Source: a virus. Taken from it: a stretch of DNA of 45,326 nt. Within the stretch, counting starts at the first letter, position 1, and every line of letters starts with the position of its first letter. Positions 23,361-30,595 of the stretch are shown here, in pieces. The stretch spans positions 1 through 45,326 of IMG/VR virus record IMGVR_UViG_3300012189_000003. The stretch is one strand, 5' to 3'. Under the pieces are notes generated by a model, which saw nothing but the letters and a program-made list of their open reading frames with translations, was not told where the DNA came from and did not search any database. The position numbers and the translations under genes were made by a program.

Positions 23361-23867
23361 ATGGCCATGACAAACGCGCAGAAATCGCGGCGCTCTCTCG
23401 CGAAGAAGCGAGCCGCTTACATTGCCCTCCACGGCTGCCCGCCAAAGATTGGGGGCAACCACCGGCCGCAGACCTTCAAGAACTGCGAGGGGTGCGGGGT
23501 TTGGTTTGGCCCCCTTAGCTATCTGGCCCAGCGGTTCTGCTCCCGGGCCTGCAAATACGAGTGGCAAGACCACAAGCGCGCCCCGAGCCGTCGGGTCCTG
23601 ACTCATGTCCGGACGGCGCAGAACATTCTTGCTTACCACGTCAAGGTAGGGCACTTGACGCGGCCGACGGTTTGCGAGGAATGCGGCGCGACAGGCCGGC
23701 GGATCCAAGCCGCTCACTTTGATTACAGGGAGCCCCTGCGCGTCCGTTGGCTCTGCCGAAGCTGTCATGCGAAATGGGACTGGGCTGAGCCAAAAGGAGC
23801 GACGGTCCGCTTGTCCAGGTATGAGCAATGCACGGGGAACGAGCCCGAGCGGCGGGAGGCAGGATGA
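23361..23867 (+). CDS. HNH-family (variant motif) zinc-binding protein adjacent to the terminase genes (168 aa)
   Basis: CEGCG...FCSRAC and CEECGATGRRIQAAHFDYREPLRVRWLCRSCHAKW resemble terminase-associated HNH proteins. The usual HH doublet reads AH here. Confidence 0.6.
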   Translation: MAMTNAQKSRRSLAKKRAAYIALHGCPPKIGGNHRPQTFKNCEGCGVWFGPLSYLAQRFCSRACKYEWQDHKRAPSRRVLTHVRTAQNILAYHVKVGHLTRPTVCEECGATGRRIQAAHFDYREPLRVRWLCRSCHAKWDWAEPKGATVRLSRYEQCTGNEPERREAG

Positions 23868-24082
23868 CCGATACCGAGGTTGTGGCCCTGATGAATTCGA
23901 GTGGGACCCCCGCGGACTGGGAGTTCAACGCCCGCTTCGTCAAGCAGGCTCATGGGGGCGAATACCCCGCGAGTTGGTATGATCTGATTGTGGCGAGCGG
24001 CCTGGCGGACTGGGTGCGAGACCGCTGGGGCGATACGGGACCGCTGATCACCGTGACGCGCGACGGTGACCGGGAGGAATGA
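23864..24082 (+). CDS. Hypothetical protein (72 aa)
   Basis: Internal ATG 23864 of track ORF 23828..24082; ATGA coupling. Confidence 0.5.
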   Translation: MTDTEVVALMNSSGTPADWEFNARFVKQAHGGEYPASWYDLIVASGLADWVRDRWGDTGPLITVTRDGDREE

Positions 24083-24133
24083 CCGCTGGCCGGCCGCGCT
24101 CACGGGAGGGACTCGCAGGCGGCAGCAGGGCGC

Positions 24134-24415
24134 TTGCTGCTGGTCCTGCGCAGTATCCAGGCAAATGAGGAGGAGTATGAGGTCCGGTACGGACTGGTGC
24201 TGGAGGCGCTCTGGTTGGCTGACACACTCGGTTTTGAGGCAGGCTTCCGTTTCGATCCGGGGGAGCCGGAATGGCCCGCCGCTTTCGTCGAACTGCCCAC
24301 CGGGCAGGTATCCTGGCACATGCCGCAGTTTGGCGCCCCCTGGGATGGGCACAGCGTGGCGGAGAAGAATCGGCGGATCGCTGCCTGGATCGAGCCGCAT
24401 TACGGAGGCGTCTGA
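24134..24415 (+). CDS. Conserved-looking phage protein (93 aa, TTG start uncertain)
   Basis: Track ORF. The motif LPTGQVSWHMP...WDGH..AEKNRRI recalls a recurrent phage family (from memory only). Confidence 0.55.
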   Translation: MLLVLRSIQANEEEYEVRYGLVLEALWLADTLGFEAGFRFDPGEPEWPAAFVELPTGQVSWHMPQFGAPWDGHSVAEKNRRIAAWIEPHYGGV

Positions 24416-24418
24416 CGG

Positions 24419-24634
24419 ATGGCCGGCCGCGCTCTTGATGAGCCCCCTCTTTGCATGGGGGGGCCCCCGATCCGAACTGCGCTGTCAGCGCGTGATGCGC
24501 TCATTGAAGCCCTAGAAGCGGACAACGAGCGATTGCGAGACATGCTGGCGGTGCTTTGCGTCCTCATCCAGGCTTCAGAGTCGCTCGCGGAGGCGCGCGC
24601 CCTCTCGGCTCGTTATGCGGAGTCAGCCTGCTGA
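24419..24634 (+). CDS. Hypothetical protein (71 aa) whose first 9 codons duplicate the terS start
   Basis: MAGRALDEP versus terS MAGRVIDEP; ACGGAGG SD upstream. Confidence 0.55.
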   Translation: MAGRALDEPPLCMGGPPIRTALSARDALIEALEADNERLRDMLAVLCVLIQASESLAEARALSARYAESAC

Positions 24635-25056
24635 TGGCCGGCCGCGTCATCGATGAGCCTGCCGCGAAGGCGCGGATCCTCCAGGCTCTGCGCGCTGCCT
24701 CGACCCGGGAGGCGGCGGCCGAATATGCGGGAATCAGCCGCGCCACGTTCTTTCGTTGGGTTGCTCAAGATGAGACCCTTGCGTCTCAAGTCATTGAGGC
24801 AGAGGCTGCCTGGCAGGTTCAGTCTGCCGCACTCGTCTTGAAGGACGCTAGCGCGGGAGACTGGCGGGCGGCGGCATGGCTCTTGGAGCGGCACCCGCGC
24901 AGTAAGCAGTTCTGGAAGCGAATCGATCAGCATGACCTCGCCTGCATCCCCACCCATCGACTCCTCCAAATGCTCTCGGCTGCTGAGGAGGGAATTGATT
25001 CGGCGGGGGACGCCGCCGCCGCCGAAACCGGCGAGCTTCACTCCGTACCGGGATGA
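24634..25056 (+). CDS. terS: Terminase small subunit (140 aa)
   Basis: HTH AGISRATFFRWV and GDWRAAAWLLERHP, typical of small terminase proteins; immediately upstream of terL. Confidence 0.75.
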   Translation: MAGRVIDEPAAKARILQALRAASTREAAAEYAGISRATFFRWVAQDETLASQVIEAEAAWQVQSAALVLKDASAGDWRAAAWLLERHPRSKQFWKRIDQHDLACIPTHRLLQMLSAAEEGIDSAGDAAAAETGELHSVPG

Positions 25057-26494
25057 TCCGCTCGGCTTCTGCTCCCATGTGCTCGGCGTGAACCCATGGG
25101 CCAAACAAGCCGAGATCCTCGCCGCCCTGGCCGAACACCCCCGGGTGACCGTGCGCTCTTGCAATGGCGCCGGCAAGACTCTGTGCGCGGCCTGGTCGGC
25201 CCTGTGGTTCCTCTGTACCCGACCTGGCTCCATCGTCATCACTACCGCACCCACTGGCCGGCAGGTCAAGGATCTCCTCTGGCGCCGGCTGCGCGGTGCG
25301 TTCCACGGGGCGAAACAGCCCCTCCCTGGCGCCTGTCAGACGCTGCAGCTCGACTGCGGCGTGGAATGGTATGCGCTCGGGATGGCCACCGATGAGGAAG
25401 TCAAGTTTCAGGGGCCTCACTCCTCGGCCGGAGTCATGTTCGTCGGTGACGAAGCCTCGGGGCTCGCTGAGTGGGTCTTCGCGGCCATGGAGGGCTCGAT
25501 GACCCAGGCGGGCGCGAAGATGCTCCTTATTGGCAATCCCAACATCGCGCGCGGGACGTTCTATGAGTCCCATCGCGCCTGGCCCCGTGAGCAGAAGTTT
25601 CACGTCTCCGCGTTTGATACCCCGGAGTGGCTCATCGACCGAAGCTGGATCGAGGAGAAGCGCTGCGACTGGGGTGAGGAGAGTCCCCAGTACCAGGTCC
25701 GCATCCTGGGCGAGTTTCCCACCGAGGGCGATGACGTGCTCATTCCGCTCTCGTGGTGCTTGAAAGCGCAGGAGCGCGATACCGGTACGCTAAGCGAATT
25801 TTCTTCTTCTTCTTCTTCTTCCTTAGCTAAGACTACAAACCCCGTCACCGAAGCCGTAGAGATCGGGGTAGACATCTCGCGCTATGGTTCAGACGAGTCG
25901 GTCGCTTATGCGCGGCGCGGCGAACGGGTGTTCGCTGCTGCTTACTGGCGGGGCCAGGATACCATGACCTCGGCCGCGCGTATCGCCGCGCTAGCCCACG
26001 AGCATGGCGCCCAGCAGATAAAGGTTGATGATATCGGCGTGGGGGGCGGTGTAGTGGATCGGCTGCAGCAATTGCAGCGCGCGGGCGAGGTCAAAGCGGT
26101 CGTCTCCGGGGTAAACGTCTCCGAGGCGCCCCGGGACAAGGAAACTTTCGCGGATCGGCGAACAGAGCTATACTGGGGCTTGCGAGAGCGGTTCCGTGGC
26201 GGCACGGTGGCCATTCCCCGGGACGACACGCTGTTAGTGGACCAGCTCTCGCAGCTCCGGTACGGCTACAGCGCCAGCGGCAAGCTGAAGCTGGAGAGCA
26301 AGGATGACATGCGCAAGCGGCGCGGGACGGCGGGCCGCTGGTCCTCGCCCGATCGCGCGGAAGCGTGTATGCTGTGCTTTGCCATGGGCGGGAACCGCTG
26401 GCAGCCCGTCTCGCTCGTCGGGAGCCGGCCGGAGGAGGTGAATGACGAAACAGGGAGACCCGCGGCCCTTGCCGCGCTGTCACGTCAGGCGTGA
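24932..26494 (+). CDS. terL: Terminase large subunit (up to 520 aa; start uncertain, alternative GTG 25079)
   Basis: Walker-A-like SCNGAGKT, ATPase then nuclease-like halves. Lies between terS and portal. It overlaps terS by 125 nt if ATG 24932 is used. Confidence 0.85.
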   Translation: MTSPASPPIDSSKCSRLLRRELIRRGTPPPPKPASFTPYRDDPLGFCSHVLGVNPWAKQAEILAALAEHPRVTVRSCNGAGKTLCAAWSALWFLCTRPGSIVITTAPTGRQVKDLLWRRLRGAFHGAKQPLPGACQTLQLDCGVEWYALGMATDEEVKFQGPHSSAGVMFVGDEASGLAEWVFAAMEGSMTQAGAKMLLIGNPNIARGTFYESHRAWPREQKFHVSAFDTPEWLIDRSWIEEKRCDWGEESPQYQVRILGEFPTEGDDVLIPLSWCLKAQERDTGTLSEFSSSSSSSLAKTTNPVTEAVEIGVDISRYGSDESVAYARRGERVFAAAYWRGQDTMTSAARIAALAHEHGAQQIKVDDIGVGGGVVDRLQQLQRAGEVKAVVSGVNVSEAPRDKETFADRRTELYWGLRERFRGGTVAIPRDDTLLVDQLSQLRYGYSASGKLKLESKDDMRKRRGTAGRWSSPDRAEACMLCFAMGGNRWQPVSLVGSRPEEVNDETGRPAALAALSRQA

Positions 26495-26645
26495 CCCGCA
26501 GGCGCCCGGATACTGGGTGACGCTCTGGCTGCCTGATCGAGCTTGGGAGCAGACGGCGGGCGGCGGTTGGCTTTGCCTGGAAGACTGGGCGCTCGCGCTG
26601 CGCTGCGTCCTGGCGCGGCTGCGGCCTCCGGTCAGACAGCGATGA
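26442..26645 (+). CDS. Hypothetical protein (67 aa)
   Basis: Track ORF; GGAGGAGG SD 5 nt upstream. Confidence 0.55.
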   Translation: MTKQGDPRPLPRCHVRRDPQAPGYWVTLWLPDRAWEQTAGGGWLCLEDWALALRCVLARLRPPVRQR

Positions 26646-26872
26646 GCGAGCATTTCCCGCCGGGAGGCCGAGACCCGGAGGCGTCTCCTGATCCCTTCGG
26701 CGCGCTCCACGAAGCCTACCGAAGCCTCGTGGCGGCGAATGAAGCGCTCGTCTCGGTCAATTTCACCGGCAGTCGCGAATGGAGCCGGATCGGCATGCGG
26801 GTCTTACTGAACCGGGCGGAGGCGTTTGTCGCCGCGCTGAAGGCGCTCATGGAAAGTCTTGGGGCCGAATGA
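26642..26872 (+). CDS. Hypothetical protein (76 aa)
   Basis: Internal ATG 26642 of track ORF 26543..26872; ATGA coupling. Confidence 0.5.
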   Translation: MSEHFPPGGRDPEASPDPFGALHEAYRSLVAANEALVSVNFTGSREWSRIGMRVLLNRAEAFVAALKALMESLGAE

Positions 26873-27150
26873 TCGATTTGGTCGTCAACGACCTGGCAGC
26901 GAAACTTCGTGCCGCTCTCTGGGAAACCCTGGAGGAGCACAGCCGGCGGGAAGAGTATCCCAATGTGGTCGTCTTCACTGCCCTGCTGACGCTCGTTGGC
27001 ATGGCGCTCCATGACGGCTATGAGCGGGGGATTTTCACCCTGGAAAGGGCTCGAGAACTGCGCGACAGCATGGCCGAGCGCCTGGCGGCGCTGCCGCTGG
27101 GCGAGCGAGAAGCGCCGCGCTATTTGGCGCCGCTCCCCAGGCGCCGCTGA
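26869..27150 (+). CDS. Hypothetical protein (93 aa)
   Basis: Internal ATG 26869 of track ORF 26779..27150; ATGA coupling. Confidence 0.5.
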   Translation: MIDLVVNDLAAKLRAALWETLEEHSRREEYPNVVVFTALLTLVGMALHDGYERGIFTLERARELRDSMAERLAALPLGEREAPRYLAPLPRRR

Positions 27151-27347
27151 GCCCCCGACCGCGGGCGCTCCTCGCTGAGGCGGACCTCTGGGGGCTGCAG
27201 ACGAGCCAATACCTGGAGGGCTGCCTGCACCGCTTGCGGCTACAAAGGAGCGCCGCGCAGGCTCGGGATGACCTGGCTGCGGCGCGGCGGCTCGCGGCGC
27301 GCATGAAACCCATCGCCGCGGAGCTGAAACGGCGGAGGAAAAGCTGA
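27147..27347 (+). CDS. Candidate unlisted helical ORF (about 66 aa) without a canonical start
   Basis: Stop-free GC3-rich frame ending in TGA 27345..27347, which overlaps the portal ATG. Only CTG 27147 (or late TTG/ATG codons) is available as a start. Confidence 0.3.
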   Translation: MSPRPRALLAEADLWGLQTSQYLEGCLHRLRLQRSAAQARDDLAAARRLAARMKPIAAELKRRRKS

Positions 27348-28909
27348 TGAATCGGCCCCTTGATCCGCAGGGGTATCCCAATACCCGGCGCGCGCCGTCG
27401 GCGCGTGCAAACCCGAGCAGTACCCAGCAGAATCCCTACCGGGGGACCGCCTGGCTCGGCTCCGGCTATCCCCTGCCGCTGCCGCAGGTGCCGCCTTCCG
27501 TGCCGCGCGCTTCCCCCTTCCGCCCCCTCCAATATGCCGCGAGCCGTCCCTCTTATGACCTGGCCGGCGTTGCCGCCCGCCTTGGTCCGTACTTTCATGT
27601 GCCGATCCGGGTCGATTACAACGTTCTCCTCAAGCTCCGCGAGACCATCCCCCTGATCTCCGCGGCCATTCTGCGCATGAAGGAACTGGTCGGCGCGCCA
27701 GCAGTGCAAGCGGAGCCCCGACTGAAGGAAGACATCGACGCTTTCCTGCGGGCGCTGCCGGTCAATCGGATGCAGGTGGGGCTCGCGAACTGGCTGCAGT
27801 CCCATCTTGACAATCTGTATACCTTCGGCCGCGCCCATGCCGAAGTCATCCTGACCCCCGCCCGGAATGACGTGTTCGGGCTGGTGGAAGTCCATCCCGC
27901 TACCTGCGCGCTGCGGCCGACCCTGGGGGGTTATGGCCTCGACGTGGTGCAATACCAGTACGGTGGCGGAGTGCCCGTGACCCTCATTCCTGAGTTGCTG
28001 CTGACCTCGGTCAATGACATGCGTGGGGACGACCCGAACGGGACCTCGCTCATTAGCGAGCTGCCTTTCGTCGCGCAGATCCTCAACGCGATCCTCCGCG
28101 CCCAGGCGAATACCTGGGATCGCTTCGGCACCCCCTGCTACTGGGTGAATTGGGAACCCCCGGCGACCTGGGAAGACCCGACCGGCCAACAGACGAAGGA
28201 GATCCTCCAAGCGATGCAGGGCAACCTGTCTACCGCTTTGCGAGAGAGGGCGGAGGGCAAGCCCAATGATTTCTTCACCAGTGGCAAAGTAACTCTCGAC
28301 ATCATGGGCGCGGCCGGCGAGACGCTGGAGTTCCAGACGACCGCGCGGGCCTTGTTGGAGCAGATCCTCGCGAAGTTCGGGCTGCCCCCCTTTATGTTCG
28401 GGTTCTCCTGGTCCTCAACCGAGCGAATGAGCACGGCGCAGGCGAAGGTGCTGACCGAGATCGTCGAAGCCTCGCGGGCGGTCGTCTCCCCTGAGATTGA
28501 GCGCCTGATCATGCTGCGTCAGTTGCTCGTGGGGCGCCCCGGGGAGTTCGAGCTTTGCTGGCCGAAAGTCAGCCTCCAGGATCTGATTGACGTGTCGCGC
28601 GCCGAATGGATGGACCAGCAAGCCTTACAGATCCAACTCGCCAACTGGGAACGGCAGGTGCGCCTGGGGATTTACTCCCTCGAGGAGATGGCGAAAGAAC
28701 TGCGTCCCGACCTGGCGGCGATTCCCGTGGAGCAGGTGCGGCAGCGACTGCCGGGGCTGGTCACCGAGCTGCCGGTCTTCACACCGGCACCGGTGGGCGG
28801 CGCGGAGCCGGGGACGCCGGGCAATACGGAGCCCGGGCAGCCCCCGGGAGGCAACAATCCGCGCGTCGAGGTGACGCGGGGTCTGGTGACGAATGGGAAG
28901 CGTTCGTGA
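27347..28909 (+). CDS. Portal protein (520 aa)
   Basis: Size and position directly after terL and the small ORFs; a long mixed alpha/beta protein with an acidic/Pro-rich C-terminus. Confidence 0.7.
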   Translation: MNRPLDPQGYPNTRRAPSARANPSSTQQNPYRGTAWLGSGYPLPLPQVPPSVPRASPFRPLQYAASRPSYDLAGVAARLGPYFHVPIRVDYNVLLKLRETIPLISAAILRMKELVGAPAVQAEPRLKEDIDAFLRALPVNRMQVGLANWLQSHLDNLYTFGRAHAEVILTPARNDVFGLVEVHPATCALRPTLGGYGLDVVQYQYGGGVPVTLIPELLLTSVNDMRGDDPNGTSLISELPFVAQILNAILRAQANTWDRFGTPCYWVNWEPPATWEDPTGQQTKEILQAMQGNLSTALRERAEGKPNDFFTSGKVTLDIMGAAGETLEFQTTARALLEQILAKFGLPPFMFGFSWSSTERMSTAQAKVLTEIVEASRAVVSPEIERLIMLRQLLVGRPGEFELCWPKVSLQDLIDVSRAEWMDQQALQIQLANWERQVRLGIYSLEEMAKELRPDLAAIPVEQVRQRLPGLVTELPVFTPAPVGGAEPGTPGNTEPGQPPGGNNPRVEVTRGLVTNGKRS

Positions 28910-29118
28910 CGCGCCCGGAGGCCGCGGATTACCTCCTGGAGCAGTCGCACGCAGCGCGGGATACGGCGCGACTCTACCGCCGACAGCTCCTCCTCCTCGC
29001 CCGTCAAACGCCGCGACAGGAGGGGGTGCTTTCCTGGGACGAGCGACAAGTTCAGGACAAGCCCTGGCTAGCGAAAGACGAGCCAGCCGGTGACGCGGGG
29101 GCTGGTGACGAACGGTAG
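28906..29118 (+). CDS. Hypothetical protein (70 aa), GTG start overlapping the portal stop
   Basis: GTGA overlap at 28906..28909. It is the C-terminal part of track ORF 28606..29118 and is bounded by a 27-nt direct repeat. Confidence 0.5.
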   Translation: MTRPEAADYLLEQSHAARDTARLYRRQLLLLARQTPRQEGVLSWDERQVQDKPWLAKDEPAGDAGAGDER

Positions 29119-29148
29119 GCATGGAGGACGAACTTGCGGTTTCGCTGC

Positions 29149-29337
29149 ATGAGTCACCGCGCGTTGGCCCGAATTCGCCGGGGCGACGATATTGAGATCG
29201 ACGGAAAACGGTGGGAGAAGGTGCTCCACGTCCCTTTCGGTTTCCCCTGGCTTTGTCACCGGCTCATGATTGGCAGCGGCGGGGAGATCCACCGGGATCA
29301 CCTTACCGCTCACCTGGGCAGGGAGCGTCGGGTCTGA
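29149..29337 (+). CDS. Hypothetical protein (62 aa; track start 29134 is TTG)
   Basis: Track ORF 29134..29337; protein-like ALARIRRGDDIEIDGKRWEKV. Confidence 0.45.
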   Translation: MSHRALARIRRGDDIEIDGKRWEKVLHVPFGFPWLCHRLMIGSGGEIHRDHLTAHLGRERRV

Positions 29338-29476
29338 GCAGGAAAGCTCGCTCAAACAGACGGCCCTCTAGCCGCTTGCGAGGAGGAATTCCGCCGCGCT
29401 CGCCCCTATCTGGACAGCGGCAGCGCGGCTCGTGACCGGGCCGGCGCTGTTCATGGGAAAACCTCCGTTGCTTTTC

Positions 29477-29514
29477 GCCGCGCGCCGGTTCCTGGTTCCT
29501 GGCCGGCGCGCGGC
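29477..29514 (+). other. 12-bp perfect GC stem-loop with a tandem TTCCTGG loop
   Basis: GCCGCGCGCCGG (29477..29488), loop ttcctggttcctgg, CCGGCGCGCGGC (29503..29514). Confidence 0.8.
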
Positions 29515-29627
29515 AATCAAAGAGGGAGGAAGAATTCCCAACCAGGGCTCCGCTGTTCCGCCGGGAGTGCGCCTGATAGGCCGGCTGCAATCAGGAGCAG
29601 TAATGAAGGCCGGTGCGGATGAGCCCG

Positions 29628-29681
29628 CCGGAGAGGAGACGGTTACCCGTTCTCCTCTCCGGCAAAGGACCCGAGAGGAGG
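29628..29681 (+). promoter_or_regulatory. Candidate translational switch: decoy-SD / anti-SD hairpin upstream of the true SD
   Basis: CCGGAGAGGAGA (29628..29639) pairs with TCTCCTCTCCGG (29651..29662). The right arm is also complementary to SD GAGAGGAGG (29673..29681), which precedes ATG 29687. Confidence 0.45.
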
Positions 29682-29686
29682 TTGCC

Positions 29687-29899
29687 ATGAACGGCTCGAA
29701 GGGTTATCCTGACCGCCGCCCCCTGCCCCAGCCGCGGGACGATCTCGGTCCTTACGCGGCCCCGAGGGCGCCCACGGATCGTTCCGGCGAGCCGCCGCAG
29801 CTCACGGCACCGCCGCCGCCGCGGCCCGCAGCGACCCTGGTCTCTCCCCCTGACGTGCCGCCGCCGGGGCACCCGTCCCGCGGCGCAAAGGAGGGCTAG
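29687..29899 (+). CDS. Pro-rich small protein (70 aa; alternative in-frame start 29603)
   Basis: GAGAGGAGG 5 nt before ATG 29687, within track ORF 29432..29899. Confidence 0.5.
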   Translation: MNGSKGYPDRRPLPQPRDDLGPYAAPRAPTDRSGEPPQLTAPPPPRPAATLVSPPDVPPPGHPSRGAKEG

Positions 29900-29902
29900 C
29901 GG

Positions 29903-30169
29903 ATGCGCTATAACAAAGAGAGAGCGCTGGTCGAAGCTGCCGCCCTAAGCAACGCCCCGACGCTGCCGCCGCCGGAGGTGGCCCAAGCAGTGTGCGGGGC
30001 CCAGCCAGGCGTGCGGCCCGGGGAGAGGCGCCCGAAGGGGAAGGCTCGTAGCCCGGCGCCGCCCATGCCCCGCCGTCCCATGGGGCCCCTTGAGCCGGCG
30101 AGGCGGGGCGCGAAAGAGACCGCACCCACAGCGCCCGCCGCCGCTTTCCCGCCGCCGAGACGGGCGTGA
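29903..30169 (+). CDS. Pro/Ala/Arg-rich small protein (88 aa)
   Basis: Track ORF; AAAGGAGGG SD. Confidence 0.5.
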   Translation: MRYNKERALVEAAALSNAPTLPPPEVAQAVCGAQPGVRPGERRPKGKARSPAPPMPRRPMGPLEPARRGAKETAPTAPAAAFPPPRRA

Positions 30170-30408
30170 TCTGGGATTTCTGGAGCTGGCGCGCTCCGGC
30201 ATACCGTTGGGTTCCGGGTCTCGGCCGGGATCACTGTAGGGCCTGCGGCCGTCCCGCCGGCCGCGCCCACCCCCGCGCGCCGCTCTGCCGGGACTGCCTG
30301 CGGCTCGATTACTTTACCCGTCTGCTCGTCGAACTGCTCCGCGGTGATGGACCCCAGGAGGAAGCGAATGCCAAACCACAAAGCTCCGCAGCCCAGCGCG
30401 CCGGCTGA
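30166..30408 (+). CDS. Small Cys4 protein (80 aa), GTG start
   Basis: Track ORF; GTGA coupling; CRACG...CRDC. Confidence 0.45.
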   Translation: MIWDFWSWRAPAYRWVPGLGRDHCRACGRPAGRAHPRAPLCRDCLRLDYFTRLLVELLRGDGPQEEANAKPQSSAAQRAG

Positions 30409-30589
30409 GACGTTCACCCTGCGCCCCACCCCCAGCCCTGGTTTTCTGCCCCGGCCCTGCGGCAGCCCCGCGCCGCCCGGCTTCCAGCCGCGCCAGGGGG
30501 AGGGGAATGTCGCAGCACGCGCCCGCGTGATCGACCAGGTTCTGGAGATCGCGACGCAGGCAGGGCAGCGCCCTGCCAGGAACGGCTAG
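30368..30589 (+). CDS. Pro-rich small protein (73 aa)
   Basis: AGGAGGAAG SD before internal ATG 30368 of track ORF 30344..30589. Confidence 0.4.
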   Translation: MPNHKAPQPSAPAETFTLRPTPSPGFLPRPCGSPAPPGFQPRQGEGNVAARARVIDQVLEIATQAGQRPARNG

Positions 30590-30595
30590 GGAGGC

